Below, one piece after another: positions 26,057-38,075 of a stretch of DNA of 64,000 bases (position 1 is the first letter of the stretch; the number at the start of each line of letters is the position of its first letter). A model generated the notes under the pieces. That model made no database searches. It had not been told where the DNA came from and saw nothing but the letters and a program-made list of their open reading frames with translations. The DNA is taken from positions 46,812,001 to 46,876,000 of the forward strand of contig CM052816.1 of NCBI GenBank assembly GCA_028534125.1, read 5' to 3'. Source of the stretch: Lama glama. Its lineage: Eukaryota. A program made the position numbers and the translations under genes.

Positions 26057-28108
26057 AATATAAAAATATGTACATTACATTTTGCTTATTTTCATATAAA
26101 AGGTAAGACAGAGTTTGCAAAGCATTTGTGGCTTTTTGTAGTTTACTTAAGCCAAAATGTGTTTTTTCCCCCTTGATAGCTTCGCTAATATTTTAAACAG
26201 TCCTGTAAAAAACCAAAAAGGACTTTTTGTATAGAAAGCACTACCCTAAGCCATGAAGAACTCCATGCTTTGCTAACCAAGATAACTGTTTTCTCTTTGT
26301 AGAAGTTTTGTTTTTGAAATGTGTATTTCTAATTATATAAAATATTAAGAATCTTTTAAAAAATCTGTGAAATTAACATGCTTGTGTATAGCTTTCTAAT
26401 ATATATAATATTATGGTAATAGCAGAAGTTTTGTTATCTTAATAGCGGGAGGGGGGTATATTTGTGCAGTTGCACATTTGAGTAACTATTTTCTTTCTGT
26501 TTTCTTTTACTCTGCATACATTTTATAAGTTCAAGGTCAGCTGTCAAAAGGATAACCTGTGGGATTAGAACATATCACATTGCAACACCCTAAATTGTTT
26601 TTAATCCATTGGCAATCTACTGGGTCAACTGACATCCATTGTATATACTAATTAGTTTCTTTCATGCTACTTTTTGTTTTTGTTTTGCATTTTTATCAAA
26701 TGCAGGGCCCCTTTCTGATCTCACCATTTCACCATGCATCTTGGAATTCAGTAAGTGCATACCTTCAACTTGCCCGTATCCTAAATTATCTGGTTGGTTT
26801 TCAGCCTAGAACTCGAAAATGCTTTGAAGAAATATGCCCAGAGTAGAGAACTGTGTTGGGTCACATGTCCTGCAAATACTGCCCTAGAAATAAGTGATAT
26901 GGAGTTTGCTCGATGCATGAGTTATAAATTCCCACAGAAGAAAAATGTGAAAGTCTGGGTGCTAGATAAGAAGGAAGCAGGTAAAGGGATAGTTGCTTCG
27001 TCATCCGTTCTTAATTATTTTAACTGACCCTCAACAATCTTGTCAGCAATATAGGACTGTTGAACAATCCCGGTGTGTCAGGACCCCCAAATGTCACTTC
27101 TGCATAAAGCATGTATGTCATCTATTTTTTTTCTTCAATAAAGAGATTTAATAGCCATTTCAAAAAATCCCATTAAAGAACCTCTCTATGTCCCTTTTTT
27201 TTTAATTTTTCAGGAAATAATGATGACTCTTGTCTAATATTCGTCTATAAGGGATTACTTTTCAGACCCTTTAAAAAGTGAGTGCCATAAAAAAAAAAGA
27301 GTTGATATATATTGTTTAAAGAGATTTCAGTCTAGGACTGATATTCCTTCTCTAGGCATGTGAAGATCTGTCGATCCAGCTCCCATCACACACGCTGACA
27401 TGCACAGCAGAAAAGACAGACAGTAAGATCGACACTGCTATGTCTTGTGTAGGACATTTCTTATCCCTTTTTTTGCTTTCACTTGCTTAGTTACTATGTG
27501 TTTCTCCTTGTAAAAGGCTGCCGCTGGGTGGCAAAAGCCAAGAGATCTTACGAACTAGGCTATATTTTTCTTAACTCGATCTGAAATCCACAGTTAGACC
27601 ACAGTGCACCTCTGGTTGTGTCCGTATAGGATGCCAGCCTGCCTTGTGCTAACATTTTATACACGAAATCAAACAAAAAAATCTGTCAGCCATTTCATGT
27701 ATCCCACTACTCGAGGTATCCATGGAACATGAAAGAAAAACATTTATGCAGATGAAAAACAGAAAATCATCCCAGAAAACACACATATACACATATTCAT
27801 ACATGGGGGGGGAGGAAACTAAGAAAACCATTTTCCTCACCATAGACTTGATCCCATTCTTACAACCCATCCTTATAACTTGATGTGTGTAAAATATGCA
27901 AACATGTCACAAATGTTCTTTGTCATTTCAAAACACTTTATCAGTATCAGGAGAAACTAACCAATGGGTGGGAAAGGGTCATTATGTGAAAATATGAAAA
28001 AAAAATAGCCATATTAATTTTTTACCTGCAATTTGCCTCAGCAACAAAGAAAAAGGGAATTTCTAATGCTGAAGATAAAGTAACCTAAAGTACCAGCAGA
28101 AGCCTTGG

Positions 28109-28118
28109 CTATTTATAG
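28109..28118. promoter_or_regulatory. Consensus MEF2 binding site CTATTTATAG inside the MEF2C 3'UTR
   Basis: Exact CTA(A/T)4TAG with favourable flanks (GG...CA). Confidence 0.55.
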
Positions 28119-29690
28119 CAGTTCTGACAATAGTTTTATAAGAACATGAAAAGAACAGAATCACTTGAAAATGGATGCCAGTCATCTCTTGTTTCCACTG
28201 TTGAATCCAGATAAAGTGGTGGCAAGACACAAAGGGATAATCTGAGATTTTTTTTAAAGGTGATTTAATGAGAAGAAGCACAAGTTTGATTGTGATGAGT
28301 CACTTTCTGTAAACGATTGACATCAATCTTTCCCCTTATACCTTCTCTGTAATTTACCATTTATTGTATTTGCAAAGCTAGTGTGGTTTTGGGTTTTTAT
28401 CACAGCAAATCCTTTGTATTCAGGAGTTTAGGGCAGAGCCCTGAGGAGGTACTATTTTACATAACCCATCCTAGAGTAACATTTTAGGCAACATTCTTCA
28501 CTGCAAGTAAAAGAACCGTAAGTGGCGTTTTTACACAGCTACGAGTATTGTTGTATCTAATCCTATTTTAAAAGATTTTTCGGTGATGTGAAGTTTAAAT
28601 ACTGTTAACACTGATGCAATACACGCGAGCTGCACAAACTGTATGTTGTATGCATTGGTGCGTGGAAGGCTGTTCATTTCAATCTTTTTTAAAATTGTGT
28701 TTTTAGTAAAATGGCTTATTTTTTTCCCAAAGGTGGAACTTAGCATTTTGTAACAATGAATACAAAAATACCTATCATCCTCAGATCATTTTAAGGTTAA
28801 CTAAAGTGAAAATTTTTTAAAATTCCAATACACTTTTTAAAAGAATGTCTGCCCTCTCACATTTTTTGTATTTATTTTTCTTACATACCCATCTTTTAGG
28901 GAGAGCATTTTTTGCCCCCTTTATCCTTACGCTTGTTTTTCCAGAGAGTAAATGCTTTGTATTTCTTCCTTTAAAAAAAAAATTTTTTTTTTTTTAAAGA
29001 AGCAGCAGCCACTCAAACCCTCCATAGAGGCTGTTGCCTGAGCACGGCACCCTTCGTCTGTTCCCGTTTGTGCCATCTGCTGTGATGTCGTCACTTAACA
29101 TGGCGTTAATTTCCTGCCACTACACATCTTTTGAAGATTGATGGAATACTGGTGTCTGTGAGAACGCTTCAGACTACAGATGTAATTAAAGGCTTTTCTT
29201 CGTATGTTTTAACCAAAGATGTGGAGCAATCCAAGCCACATTATCTTCTACATCAAATTTGTCCATTTTGGTTCTTTTCATAATCGGGTATTGCATTTTG
29301 CCTTCCCTGTTCATACCTCAGATTGATCCATACCTCAGTTGAATTCAGAGAGGTCAGCTAAGTGACGGATTCTGTTGTGGTTTGAATGCAGTACCAGTGT
29401 TCTCTCGGAGCGACGGAGACCTGGGTCACTGTAGGCATAGGACTTGGATTGCTTCAGATGGTTTGCTGTATCATTTTTCTTCTTTTTCTTTTTCTGGGGA
29501 CTTGTTTCCATTAAATGACAGTAATTAAAATAGCTTGTAAATGAGGGCATACAAGCATTTGCAACAAATACTCAAATAGAGGCTCACAGCGGCATAAGCT
29601 GGACTTTGTCGCCACTAGATGACAAGATGTTATAACTAAGTTAAACCACATCTGTGTATCTCAAGGGACTTAATTCAGCTGTCTGTAGTG

Positions 29691-29815
29691 AATAAAAGTG
29701 GGGAATTTTCAAAAGTTTCTCCTGCTGGAAATAAGGTATAATTTGTATTTTGCAGACAATTCAGTAAAGTTACTGGCTTTCTTAGTGATGCAGTGTCTGT
29801 GGTGCATTTTTTTAA
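29691..29815 (+). terminator. MEF2C: Distal polyadenylation region: AATAAA (29691-29696) and AGTAAA (29763-29768) followed by a GU/U-rich downstream element
   Basis: Hexamers seen directly; gtgtctgtggtgcatttttt lies ~25 nt after AGTAAA, implying cleavage near 29787. Confidence 0.7.
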
Positions 29816-30519
29816 TTAATGTTTTGCTGTTTAAGTTTATTCCACTTTATCTTGTTTGTTTTTTTAAAGAAGCTTTTTCCACAAGCACAAGTGAGCTTTC
29901 TGTTTTCAACTCGGAATACTCAAAAAGAAGGGTATCTGTGTTTTGAGGGAGGGAGGGCATAAACTGAATCACTGCCTTTGGGGTGATATGTGTATCCAGC
30001 CAGTGTGGGAAGTTCAAGGCTCTCATCAAGTGATTCAACTTTGTTATCAAAGCAATTCCCTGAAGATCTTTGATAACTTGCTTAAATGCACAGAATTTTC
30101 CAAAAGTCATTGTTCAAGGCACTCTCATGCAATAAGTTAAATATTTTTGAACCTAAGTTGTGTCAAAAGCACTTGTGGATTTTTTTCTTCTACATCAATA
30201 GTTTCTTTAACCAAAAGTGGTTGAAAGCATAGGCTTGTATCTAAATATCTGAGAAAATTAGTGAATTCATCCATTTTTAGAAACTATCAAATATATCCTT
30301 TACCAAAATTTAATTATGATTTCTAAAAGAAATTTCCTTAGATAAATCAACATAGAGACTAATTTAGGCACTGAGAAGGAAAACCAGGAGACGGCGCAGG
30401 CCAGCCAGCTGGGAGCTGAGACTTCTGCATTAGCTGTGATTCCAGCTCTGATGGAGAAAGGACTGCCACGCGGGGAAACGCTGCGTGTGGCCTCAAAATA
30501 GCAGTGCTCTTCTCTTTGT

Positions 30520-32420
30520 TCTTTTTATTCATTTTCAGCAGACATTTATTAAGCAATTATTATGTGTAACTCATGGGGTGAATTCTAGGATAAATGAAGA
30601 AAGTTATAAACTAATAAGAGGTTCACAGACTAATAGGAAGTAGAAAGTGTCCTCAGAGACTTCTGCCAAGTGCCTGGAGGGAAGCACGCTGGCCGTGCTT
30701 AGAGCGGGGTGGAGCAGAGGACCCGGACAGGGGCACTGCAGGATCTGCCCACAGAGGCAGCCCGTTTGACTTTGGAGGTGGGTAGGATTGAGAAAGGCCC
30801 ATGTGGATGAGAACAGAGCTGATCTGCGGGCACACAACCCCCAGAGTCGCAGTGGCCCTGCACGTAGTTTCGTGTTCTGCTGTCTCCGTCTTGATAGTCT
30901 TAATTTCATCCTTGAGCTTACATTTTGTAAGTGAAATTGGAGAGGACAGTAGAGCATGCCTGTGAACGGAGGTGATTCACAGAAAATCAGTGGAGAGCTT
31001 GCGTGTTGGTACCTTCACAGGCACTTTTTTTGCTGTCTTTGAAAAAGGACGTTTTTACTTTGCAGTGAGCCCCACAAATTATGACTCCAGTCCTGGATGA
31101 GAGCAAGCTCCACGTAGGAAGTAGTAGGTAGCAAGGCACAGGGATGGGAAAGCGGGAGACAAATCTGCAGGGATAGTGGCCCGTCCTGTGTAAAGTGCAG
31201 TAAGCGTAAATGTTGGAGGAAGTCGTAGAGAGGACGTGACCAACGGCTGACCTGAGAGCTGGACTCGGGCGATCAGAGGTCCTCACCCCACCCCGTCTCT
31301 GGAATGTACATTCTGCCCACAGTTCCCACAGTGGGAGCTGTTTTCCAGGACACAGTCGAGAGAGAAAGTTTGTTGAGACCATCTGGCCGGTGTATGAGAC
31401 GGAACTCTATATAAACTTTTAAGATTTTGGCAGGTGGATGCAGAGATCCAGTCATATGGCGGCCGCCCCAGACAAGCCTTCTAAGCAGGTTTCCGCGCTT
31501 ACTAAGCCCCAGCCACCTACCAGTGTGGAGGGGCCTGGCTCTTACTGCGGTCTCTCCTTGCCCCCTTGTACAGAGGCCTGGGAAGCTCCCAGAGGGGGCA
31601 GTGAGAGACAAGGCTGGAAGAGCTGGCTGGGGTCTGAGAAATTGTAATTTAAGAAGTCTAGGGTTTAAGGAATTAAATGAAAGATTATAGGAGGTGGAAT
31701 TGTCAAAATACAGCAAATGATTAGGTGTATGGTAGGAACGATAAGGAACTGTTCATAGTTTATAGCTTCATACGTAAATGATTGGGATCACAGTAATGTC
31801 CCCATTGGATCTAGAGAGGTCACTGTTTTGTCAGGAAGATCATTAACTCCATTTTCAGGGTGGGGTGTGAAGTTTGAGTCAAATCCAAGAAGAATATGAG
31901 AATTTTGTAAATATAATCTTGAACCCAGGTTACCAGTTAATCTGAAGATAAAAGTTTTGGGTGTTCCTAACAGGGAGGTATTAGGGTACGAGCTTGTCAA
32001 GGGAAAGGGGAAGGAGGGGGAGAAATGGGCTGGGAGAGGGAAGGTGCAGAAGGGAGACCTAGGGAGGAGCGAGGACGAAGTCCAGAAATCAGACAGAGGG
32101 AAAACCAGAGTGCTGTCGAGGCAAGGAAGGGTTTCAAGGGGAAAAAAAAAAAGCAGCATTCAAAGGGTCCAGTGCTTTATTGGGGTCCCAGAGTGGGAAG
32201 ATTGAGGAAGGATGAGATCTGAGAATCATCTCACTAAAATGGCGTGAGAGAGAGGAGAGACCACAAGAGGCTGTCTAGCAGCAGATGTGAAATTCCAGGC
32301 AGCGGGTATGAACTCGCCTTTTACAGTGTTTGGGATTAGCAGAGGAGAGCTGGCATGGGGGGCTAGCAGGGCCAAGGATCAGGAGAAGGGTTGTTAAAAG
32401 GCCAGGTGGAGACTGAGCAC
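30520..32420 (-). mobile_element. Fragmented L2 (reverse), with intervening sequence
   Basis: Reverse L2 terminus ttcattttcagcagacatttattaagca at ~30525; purine-rich L2-like pieces at 31570-31730 and 31950-32400. Confidence 0.5.
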
Positions 32421-33974
32421 GTTTACGGGCAGGGGGAGACCTCAGATGCGAACCGTCCTAACCAAGGGCTAGAGGATTCTACTTCGTGCCCCCGAGGCCC
32501 CATTTGGATGTGGTTCTTGTATTGCAATGATGTTTGGGATTCGGGATTAAATAGAGTTATTGAATTTGATAAAGGAAAACGACCCAGACAGAGCATTTCA
32601 TTTTGTGGACTGAAAAAGTCTTTTTTCCATTGTTTGCATATTTTTATGGTATCTTTCCTGATGCGTTATCCTTACAGGCAGACTTTTAAGCATCATCCAG
32701 GGATGAAAGAGGAGAGCCAGGTTCACTGCGCCACTGTGTCTCTCCCTTGAATTCCCACTGTCCCCATTTCCGGAGAGCAGATGTCTCCATCACCAAAAAT
32801 GAGGCTATTCCTTTAGCCTCCCTTCCTCCGGGCACATCCTTTTTCCTGTGGGGCTTTTGCCTGAGGGTTATAAGTAGGAAAACAGGTAGGAAAATGTTCA
32901 TAGTTTCCGGCCCTAAAGTGGTTTCTGGTTTTGGCGGCAGCCTCGCCAGATCATCGCCTCTATCAAACTCCAGTCTTGGTCGGCTCACACTTGTGGAAGA
33001 ACTCCAGCCCTAAAGGACCCAGCTCGAGCAGCCTACCTCTGCTCGAGGCCAAAAAGAGATGTTAATCCCCTTTGAGTCTGGTACCTGGTACAAGGGCCAG
33101 GCTGCGAGGGAGGAAACACGCACCACCTGCGGGCCAATTCCTCGCTGAACAGAAAGCACTTTACCAGGAGACTCCAGGGCCAGACATGCAGGGTCCGTGG
33201 CAGTTCCCTTGCTGCCCTCTCCTCTCCACAGAGAGCCCCAGTGCCCGCGAGGATGCAAGGGTGAGGCAGCCCAGGACACAGGAACTGAAGCTGGCGTGTG
33301 AGTGAGGGCATGACCCACAGAGTCACCCTCTCGCCACCAACTTGACCTTCATTATTTTATTTTACCTGCTCAGTGACACTGGATGCACTTTTCCCAGAGG
33401 TCATGCAGTCTCCCGGTTGAGAATCAGACCAGCTTTCTCCTCACAAGCTAAGTAGCATTTGTCAGGTTATTTATTCTCTCTAAGCATCCATTTTCTTACT
33501 TATCATTAACTCACAGGGTTTCTCTGAGGCCCAGCTGAGATTTTGTAGGTGCTGATCACTGCATAGCTCAGGATCCTTACTCCCACTGACAGTTACTCAA
33601 AATACATGCTACCTATTCTGTAAAATCATAGTAAAAAGAAGTCAGCAAAGTTCTGATTTTCCCTATGATACCAACAACGTGCTTTTTTACTTCTTGGCAA
33701 TAGCACGTTCTTTCCCAAAAGACAATTTGGTACATCCCTGCTTTGCTGAGGCCCAGAGCACACATTCCACCTATGGAGAAAGCAGTGCTTTGCAGGTGTT
33801 CATCCTGAGGCTTCCCACTAGCGGTGCTAAATCTATTAACACACAGACTTTTCTACAAGCAATTGTTACAGGAAGAGAACTACCTCCTTCAAGCATCTGT
33901 TCCATAAATATTCCACATGACATGCTTGTTTCTCTTCACACGAGCCCTGCTTGGAAGTGCAAGCTTGTTTACAA

Positions 33975-34092
33975 GTGCAAGCAAAAGTTTACATGTAGTA
34001 TTTATGATTAAGATGTTGGGAAGATGCCCATCCATAAAGGAGTGTGTAAATAAATTGTGGTACCTCAGCACAACGGAACACTATGCAGTGTA
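33975..34092 (+). mobile_element. Old L1M (L1ME-like) 3' fragment
   Basis: atgcccatccataaaggagtgtgtaaataaattgtggtac...acggaacactatgcag. Confidence 0.7.
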
Positions 34093-35264
34093 GGATCAGG
34101 CTGCTCACGATGGCTTTTCTCTTGCTCTCTGTCCATCCCTGGCTCCACCAGTCCCCTCTTCACCTACACCCTAACTCACCTGACTGACCTTCCCTCTTAA
34201 TCATAGAGCTTAATTAGTAAATGCTTTCAGCTCTCATCTTCAGCTCAATGCCCAGGGGGAAAACTTATGATGAATCGTCTCCTTCTCTGTTGACTACACT
34301 AGCCGACCAAAAAGCCTTACTAAAGCAAGATGTTCCCCATAATTAAATCACAAATATTATTTCCTAAGGATATTTGAGTGTTCTTTATCAGCTGCCTACC
34401 TGCATTTTCTTTACCTGACTTGAGAATTTATCCCATCAGATTTAATTTTCTCTGCCTAATCAAGAATCTATGTATCCTATTGAGCCATCTGATTTTTCCT
34501 ATTGAGGCTTCTAATTTTAAGACTGCAAATTCGAGGGATCTTGGCTGGATTTCTGTTGAACTTCCAGCTGCCCAGGTGACAATGGTGTCATCTCAAGCTG
34601 CTCCCACATATGACCAACCCAACTAGATAGTATTAGGACACAGGAAACATGCCACCCTTACCACCGTCTCAGTCCCGTAACAGTCAGCTGGAATGGCGTG
34701 GAAAATATACCACTTTCTCTTACTTCTAATTCATCAGCTGAGTTTCCAAGTCAGAGTTAGAAGGCTGAAAGTCATCTAACTTTTTCACGCTTCCCCAACT
34801 TCCTACCCTCTTAATTATCATGGTTTATGTTCTTTGCACGTACAGAAATGTTACCTGTTCAATTTTATCAATACCTCTCCTCCTAAACTCTCCATTAACG
34901 ATGGTATTTTTCCTTTGTGTTCATTTATTAAGAAAGAACTCAGAAAAACAGTTTATTTTTCCTAAACAGCGCATCCTCTCCAGAATCCTTTTCAAAGGTA
35001 CTGACAACAATATAAGAACATATATAACAGCCCTTGAGCGCTCACCTACTTTGCTAAAGTCCAGTTTTCTTCTGCCTTTAATAATGCATTATGCAAAATC
35101 TGAGAACAGAAAAGTTACTGTGAAATGTAGAATCTAGAAGTATGAGGCAGGATGCATTGAACTTCTGTATTTAGAAAATTATATACAAGTAGTTAGTTGT
35201 TAGGTAAACCAGAATGTAACTAACGTGAGTGCTAATTGTGATCATAATGATGAGAACGTCACTC

Positions 35265-35520
35265 ATTAAAACATATGCAAGGACTATGTTGAAAGAAAGA
35301 AGCTGAGCACAAAAGAGATCATATTGTATAATTCTATCTATATGCAGACCAAGAGACAGAACTCATCTGCGGTAACAGAAATCAGAGCAGTGGTTGACTG
35401 CGGGGGCTGGAGATTGGCTAGAAGGGAACACAGAGGGACTTTGTAGGGTGATTGGGATACACCTACCTGCACATTTAAGATCTGTGCATTTCACTCCATG
35501 TAAATTTCACCTCAGTTAAA
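35265..35520 (+). mobile_element. Old L1M (L1ME-like) 3' end
   Basis: agaaatcagagcagtggttg...gagggactttgtagggtga...catttaagatctgtgcatttcact...tgtaaatttcacctca. Confidence 0.75.
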
Positions 35521-35553
35521 ATGCTTACGTGAAAAGATCTCATATTCACAGGA

Positions 35554-35649
35554 GGGGTGGGTATAGCTCAGCGGTAGAGCACATACTTAGCATGCATGAG
35601 GTCCTGGTTCAATCCCCAGTACCTCCATTAAAAAAAAAATGAAAAAAAA
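35554..35649 (+). mobile_element. Short tRNA-Ala(AGC)-derived SINE, resembling the camelid Vic-1 type
   Basis: A box TAGCTCAGCGG (35564-35574), CTTAGCAT anticodon-loop remnant, B box GGTTCAATCC (35606-35615), A-rich tail; stems are degenerate, so not a functional tRNA. Confidence 0.8.
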
Positions 35650-37179
35650 TAGTAGTAGGAGCTATCACCCCACGGTGCTTCCTGTTGAGGTGGAGTAAAG
35701 CCTGCCTTAATACAGAAAATCATAGTTCCTTCCAGCCTCGAGTCAAATCAAGATAAGCTGCTCAAGATTATTCTTTCTCATAAATATTTTGAACATACTT
35801 TCCCACAATAATTATTGACAAATATTAACAATATTCATAGGTAAATGGAGGTAACTTTCAGTTCAATCATGATCAAATGATCACAAATGCTAAAGTAGTG
35901 GAGGCAGATGAATATGATTATATTGAGACTGATGATGAACAGAACAATGTACATCAAATAAATTAACTGCTTCAAGGATGAAGGCATTATGTGTTCCAGA
36001 ATATTAAATGACTTGACTATTTTGCTATTGAGGGTCTTATACCATATTCTTACCAAGTCTTGCTCAATATAATGTCAAACCTCAGAAAATAAATGAGGAT
36101 AAGATAGCTAGAATGTTAATCTTCTGTCTCTAGACTGTCCAAAAAGAGACTTCATTTGTTTTTCCCCTAGGGAAACTATTTGAAGCTGCACTTTGTGTAT
36201 GACACAAAGCGATAGTCAATGCAACCAGTAATATTAAACCACTTTCCTATAAAATTGACCATCCATCTCCTCATTCCTTAAGGGTTAAATGAAGGACAAC
36301 ACAAATGAAAATAAAAGGCCCAGATGCATTTTGAGGTGCACTTAGTGAAATTAAGTGCAGGACCTATCTGCTTAAGTACTCTGGAGCTACCAGTGGGAGG
36401 ACACTGCATTCTTCTTTTAATTAGTAAGAGAAAGGATCCCAAGCCATTAAAACATAAATATTTTTCATGAATTATTAGGGACTCTCTGTTTTTATGCAAT
36501 TAACCAAATACATGTATATAACCAATTAAGATTCAGCACTTACGTGTGCCTATGCATACATACATATACACACACACAAATAATGTGTCTGTAGTTCATG
36601 AACATACATCAGATTGATACAATAAAGCAGCAGAAAAGAGGTTCTGAGTTGGTCTCCTTGGATATCTGTCCCAGAATATAAGCTCATTGAGACCAGATAT
36701 TTCCAGTATTTCCCATCTTGGCTTTTGCTCAGCCTCCTTTGTTGGTCACCACCACAAGGCTGAGTACAGCTAAGCAGAAAGAGCATAAGAAATCCTCATT
36801 CTACAAAGCAGGTATTTGAGGCTAAATTCTAAGGTCACTGGCTAAGGCCTCTATTTTCCCTGAGTAACAGCGAAGAGTGAGTCTTGTGTTACCTCTCCAG
36901 GTCTCCTCACACTGAAGAACAGGATGTGAAGATGCACATAGTAAAAAAAGGGGAGCAGGCGAGGAGGTGCCCCACAGAAATACAAATCCACCCACATTCC
37001 TTTCATTATAATTTCTCATATGGATGAAAATAGTCTCTATTCTTGATCTTGTGCTTTTCTACTGTGTAACGAGTAGTATCTTAGGTCCTCAAGAATAAGA
37101 TATAATTTATTACAGACAAAGAAACATCTTAAATCTTTATGATTTCACTTATTACAGTGTGGTGGACATTGGTAAAGCA

Positions 37180-37560
37180 GCAGCATGATACGGTCAAAAG
37201 ATTACAAACTTTGAAACAAACAAATCTGTTTGTATGCCCTCTTGGTTTAACTATGAGCTGGGTGGAAAACTGTTCAACTTCTCTGGCCTGGTTTTCTCAT
37301 CTGTAAGTAAAAATAATAATATCTACACTTAGAGACGGTGTAAGGATTTGAAATTTTTTTGAAATTTAGGATTCTACTCTGGCCATTAGCAGGTATGAGA
37401 CTTCTTTGTTTTCCCTAACAGCAACCATAGGCTGACCTAACTGGCAACTGAGCCAAAACAGGGTTTCAAAGGTTTGGTAGACCATGGCATCCTCAGCTGC
37501 TAGAATGGTACCTGGCATAGAATCAACTCTTAACAAATATTTATGGAATTAGGAAATGAA
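37180..37560 (+). mobile_element. MIR fragment (37180-37350) and L2 3' tail (37490-37560)
   Basis: ttttctcatctgtaag...aataataatatctac; ctagaatggtacctggcatagaa...caaatatttatggaat. Confidence 0.6.
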
Positions 37561-37829
37561 AGGTGTGAGTAATATAAAGTACTGCATAACTTTTGAGCTC
37601 TTTAAGTTGGTTAAAAATAGCTTAATATGTTGATACATCTGAATTTAGTTTATTCATTTTAGTTTCTAATACTATTCCCAGTGAGAATAAATCAGTTTTT
37701 CATTTCTTCTCCTAATGGACAGTTAGTTTGCCTGTAATAACAGGAAAAAATCTTAAAAGCATAATTTTTGGAGAAAGAGCAAATTTGTAGATGTAAATAT
37801 GTCATAAAAGATTTTTTTCAATGCACAAG

Positions 37830-38075
37830 GGAAATATATACTAACTTCTGGATAATGGTTACCTCTGGAAAGGAAGGACAGAAAAAGGGATGAGAAGGTG
37901 GAAGGATAGCTTATTTACAATGTCTTATTTCTTTTCTTAAAAAAAAAGAGAGCTCAAGTGAAAAAATAAGCACTTTCCCATGTGGATGGTGGTTATAAAG
38001 ATTTCTGTTATTCTATTTGCATTTTCTATGTTTAAAACATTTTATACTCAAAAATTAAAAATACATAATTTTAAA
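37830..38075 (+). mobile_element. Old L1M 3' fragment
   Basis: aatggttacctctgga...tggatggtggttata...tgttattct...ttttctatgtttaaaacatttta. Confidence 0.5.

Larger units (their letters stand above)
25394..29790 (+). other. MEF2C: MEF2C long 3'UTR (~4.4 kb)
   Basis: AU-rich sequence without obvious interspersed repeats after the stop codon, ending at a poly(A) signal cluster; the end coordinate is approximate. Confidence 0.8.

Noticed and set aside
29609..29625. CTCF-like TCGCCACTAGATGACAA in the distal 3'UTR
   Set aside because: Mismatch at a normally strong G of the core; too weak to call without data.
35554..35630. Possible tRNA-Ala(AGC) gene
   Set aside because: Degenerate stems and an A-rich tail instead of a T-run terminator indicate a SINE.
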